A DNA stretch of 64,000 nt from assembly GCA_963795855.1 (NCBI GenBank), contig CAWCIZ010000001.1:96001-160000 (forward strand). Reading direction: 5' to 3'. The stretch comes from Vulcanimicrobiota bacterium. GTDB taxonomy: Bacteria; Vulcanimicrobiota; Vulcanimicrobiia; Vulcanimicrobiales; Vulcanimicrobiaceae. Each line of letters opens with the position of its first letter. Positions within the stretch are counted from its first letter, which is position 1. The position numbers and the translations under genes are program-made. Of this stretch, positions 62,405 to 64,000 are shown one piece after another. The notes beneath the pieces are model-generated. The model worked only from the letters and a program-made list of their open reading frames with translations. It did no database searches and was not told where the DNA came from.

Positions 62405-63005
62405 CTACACCGGGTGCCCCGGCCCTTGCAAGCGATTTACGCGCCGCTTTACGTTTCGACCACTATACGTCGGGGTCTGGCTATGGCAATTGGGGCAAAG
62501 CATGCGCAAGTTTTCAAGGCGATGATCGTTCCGAATGCCGTTGACGTGATCGAGATGCATAACTAGCGGTTCCCCAAGCCATTCGGTCACTCCGCCAAAC
62601 TTCGCAGCGATTCTCCAGCACTCCGGCGCGCAAAAGCCGCAATTTAACGTTGCGCCGGCTACCGCCCTGACTAAGCAGCTGATCGAGCGGCACTCCGGAT
62701 GGGCGCGTCTTTATTTCTCCACGCTGGCGCGCCTCGTGCCAAGACATCGAGTTAAAGCCAAATTTCGCTGCAGTGCTCGATACGAAGTGTCCCTCATCGT
62801 AATACGTCTGCACCGCCGCCCAATCGTAGCGCCGCCGACGATCGTCGCAAAGCCGGCGTCGGAGCGGTCCGCGTAGTCTCCACGCTTGATGGCCTTCACC
62901 CAAGCCGTGTGCGTAAAACCGAACTCGCCGCTGACATTCCGCAAATCCGTGTCCCTCATCGTGATACCGCTGAATCGCCGCCCAATCGTGCACCCGCCTG
63001 CCCAT
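62405..63005 (-). CDS. HNH endonuclease with duplicated N-terminal helical repeat (frameshifts)
   Basis: DWAA(I/V)QxYxDEGH twice; HLDHVNGIRNDHRLENLRMLCPNCHSQT. Confidence 0.85.
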
Positions 63006-63018
63006 ACTAATATTATAT

Positions 63019-63032
63019 CGAACATGCGTTCG
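63019..63032. promoter_or_regulatory. LexA (Gram-positive type) SOS box
   Basis: CGAAC-ATGC-GTTCG adjacent to the TATAAT -10 of the HNH gene. Confidence 0.8.
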
Positions 63033-63186
63033 GTGTCTGTAGACAAGTTGTTGCCGCGATATTGCCGCAACACCACGACCCAGCAACCGTCCCCTAGCGT
63101 TTTTGTGCTCGCCGTGAAGGGAATACCCACGATGTGAGGCGCAAGACGCCTCCTTGTTTCCATTTTCCACCCGAGGGAGACGGCTC

Positions 63187-64000
63187 GTGCAGGCAATCGT
63201 GTTGGTCGGCGGTGAGGGAACGCGGCTTCGCCCGCTCACGTTCGGTACGCCGAAACCGATGGTGCCGATCATGAACGTGCCGTTTCTGGCGCGCACGCTC
63301 GAACGGTTGTACGATGCCGCCATTCGCGACGTCATTCTGCCCGCCGGCTACATGCCGCAGGCGATTACCGAATACTTCGGCGATGGTTCCGACTTCGGGA
63401 TGAAAATCACGTACGTCATCGAGGACGAGCCGCTCGGCACGGCCGGTGCCATCAAAAACGTCGAACAATACATCAACGGGCCGTTCTTCGTGCTCAATGG
63501 GGACGTGCTGACCAGCCTCGATCTCGAAGCGATGATCCGCTGCCATGAATCCAAAGGCGGATTGGGCGTACTGCATTTGATTCGAGCCGAAGATCCGTCG
63601 GCATTCGGCTGCGTCGTGCACGATGAAAACGGCCGCATCTCGCAGTTCGTCGAGAAACCGCCCAAAGGCACCGAGCCGACGAACGAAGTCAACGCCGGTA
63701 CGTACTTGCTCGAAAAGGCGGTGCTCGACCTCATTCCGCCGGGGCGTAACGTTTCGATCGAACGCGAAACGTTTCCGAAAATCCTCGCGGACGATCACGC
63801 GCTCTACGCGTATACGACGAACGATTATTGGATCGATCTGGGACGTCCGGAGCATTACCTGAACGCGCATCGCGACATTCTTTCCGGTGCAATGCCGCTG
63901 AAAATGGAACCCGGCGTGAACGGGCCCGGCTCGAGCACCGTTCATCCCGAAAACGTCATCGCGCCGGTGCACGTCGGCAACGGTGTCGAGATCGATCCGT
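63187..64000 (+). CDS. Sugar-phosphate nucleotidyltransferase (mannose-1-P guanylyltransferase-like), 3' truncated
   Basis: GAGGGAG RBS; VQAIVLVGGEGTRLRPLT..PKPMVP, EPLGTAG, NGDVL, YWIDLG. Confidence 0.92.
   Translation, partial: MQAIVLVGGEGTRLRPLTFGTPKPMVPIMNVPFLARTLERLYDAAIRDVILPAGYMPQAITEYFGDGSDFGMKITYVIEDEPLGTAGAIKNVEQYINGPFFVLNGDVLTSLDLEAMIRCHESKGGLGVLHLIRAEDPSAFGCVVHDENGRISQFVEKPPKGTEPTNEVNAGTYLLEKAVLDLIPPGRNVSIERETFPKILADDHALYAYTTNDYWIDLGRPEHYLNAHRDILSGAMPLKMEPGVNGPGSSTVHPENVIAPVHVGNGVEIDP

Noticed and set aside
1..64000. Many frameshifted genes as pseudogenes or programmed frameshifts
   Set aside because: Indels affect housekeeping and accessory genes alike (galT, GH35, ROK, PhzF, TonB receptor) while motifs stay intact; this fits long-read error, though it needs read-level confirmation
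1..64000. CRISPR array, IS element or prophage
   Set aside because: No regularly spaced repeats, transposase or phage structural genes seen

Overview
High-GC bacterial chromosomal window. The mix of Firmicute-like gene order (topA-trmFO...hslVU-def-fmt-rsmB-FHA-FHA-PP2C-rodA), a TonB-dependent outer-membrane receptor and many lipoproteins suggests Ca. Eremiobacterota/Vulcanimicrobiota (inference only). Many genes are broken by single-base indels, which looks like long-read assembly error rather than decay. Content: translation/proteolysis core genes, a TonB receptor + lipoprotein pair, a PadR-led beta-oxidation operon, galK-galT-GH35, psuK-psuG, DUF190 x2-fluC, a BlaI/M56 pair, tRNA-Gln and tRNA-Glu. 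Main highlights: (1) two selenoprotein genes missed by the ORF track (Trx-fold UGGC protein at 25634 and AhpE-type peroxiredoxin at 41194), each with an in-frame TGA and a SECIS-like hairpin; (2) next to tRNA-Glu, two paralogous operons for a secreted Cys-rich HExxH protein with variable secreted partners, flanking a BTAD-STAND-TPR regulator and sharing an 11-bp-periodic (C)TAGACG upstream motif; (3) a leaderless HNH nuclease gene with a perfect LexA-type box upstream of the tRNAs; (4) probable ATT (fmt) and CTG (galK) start codons; (5) a PP2C-like protein lacking its catalytic aspartates in the FHA-RodA cluster.
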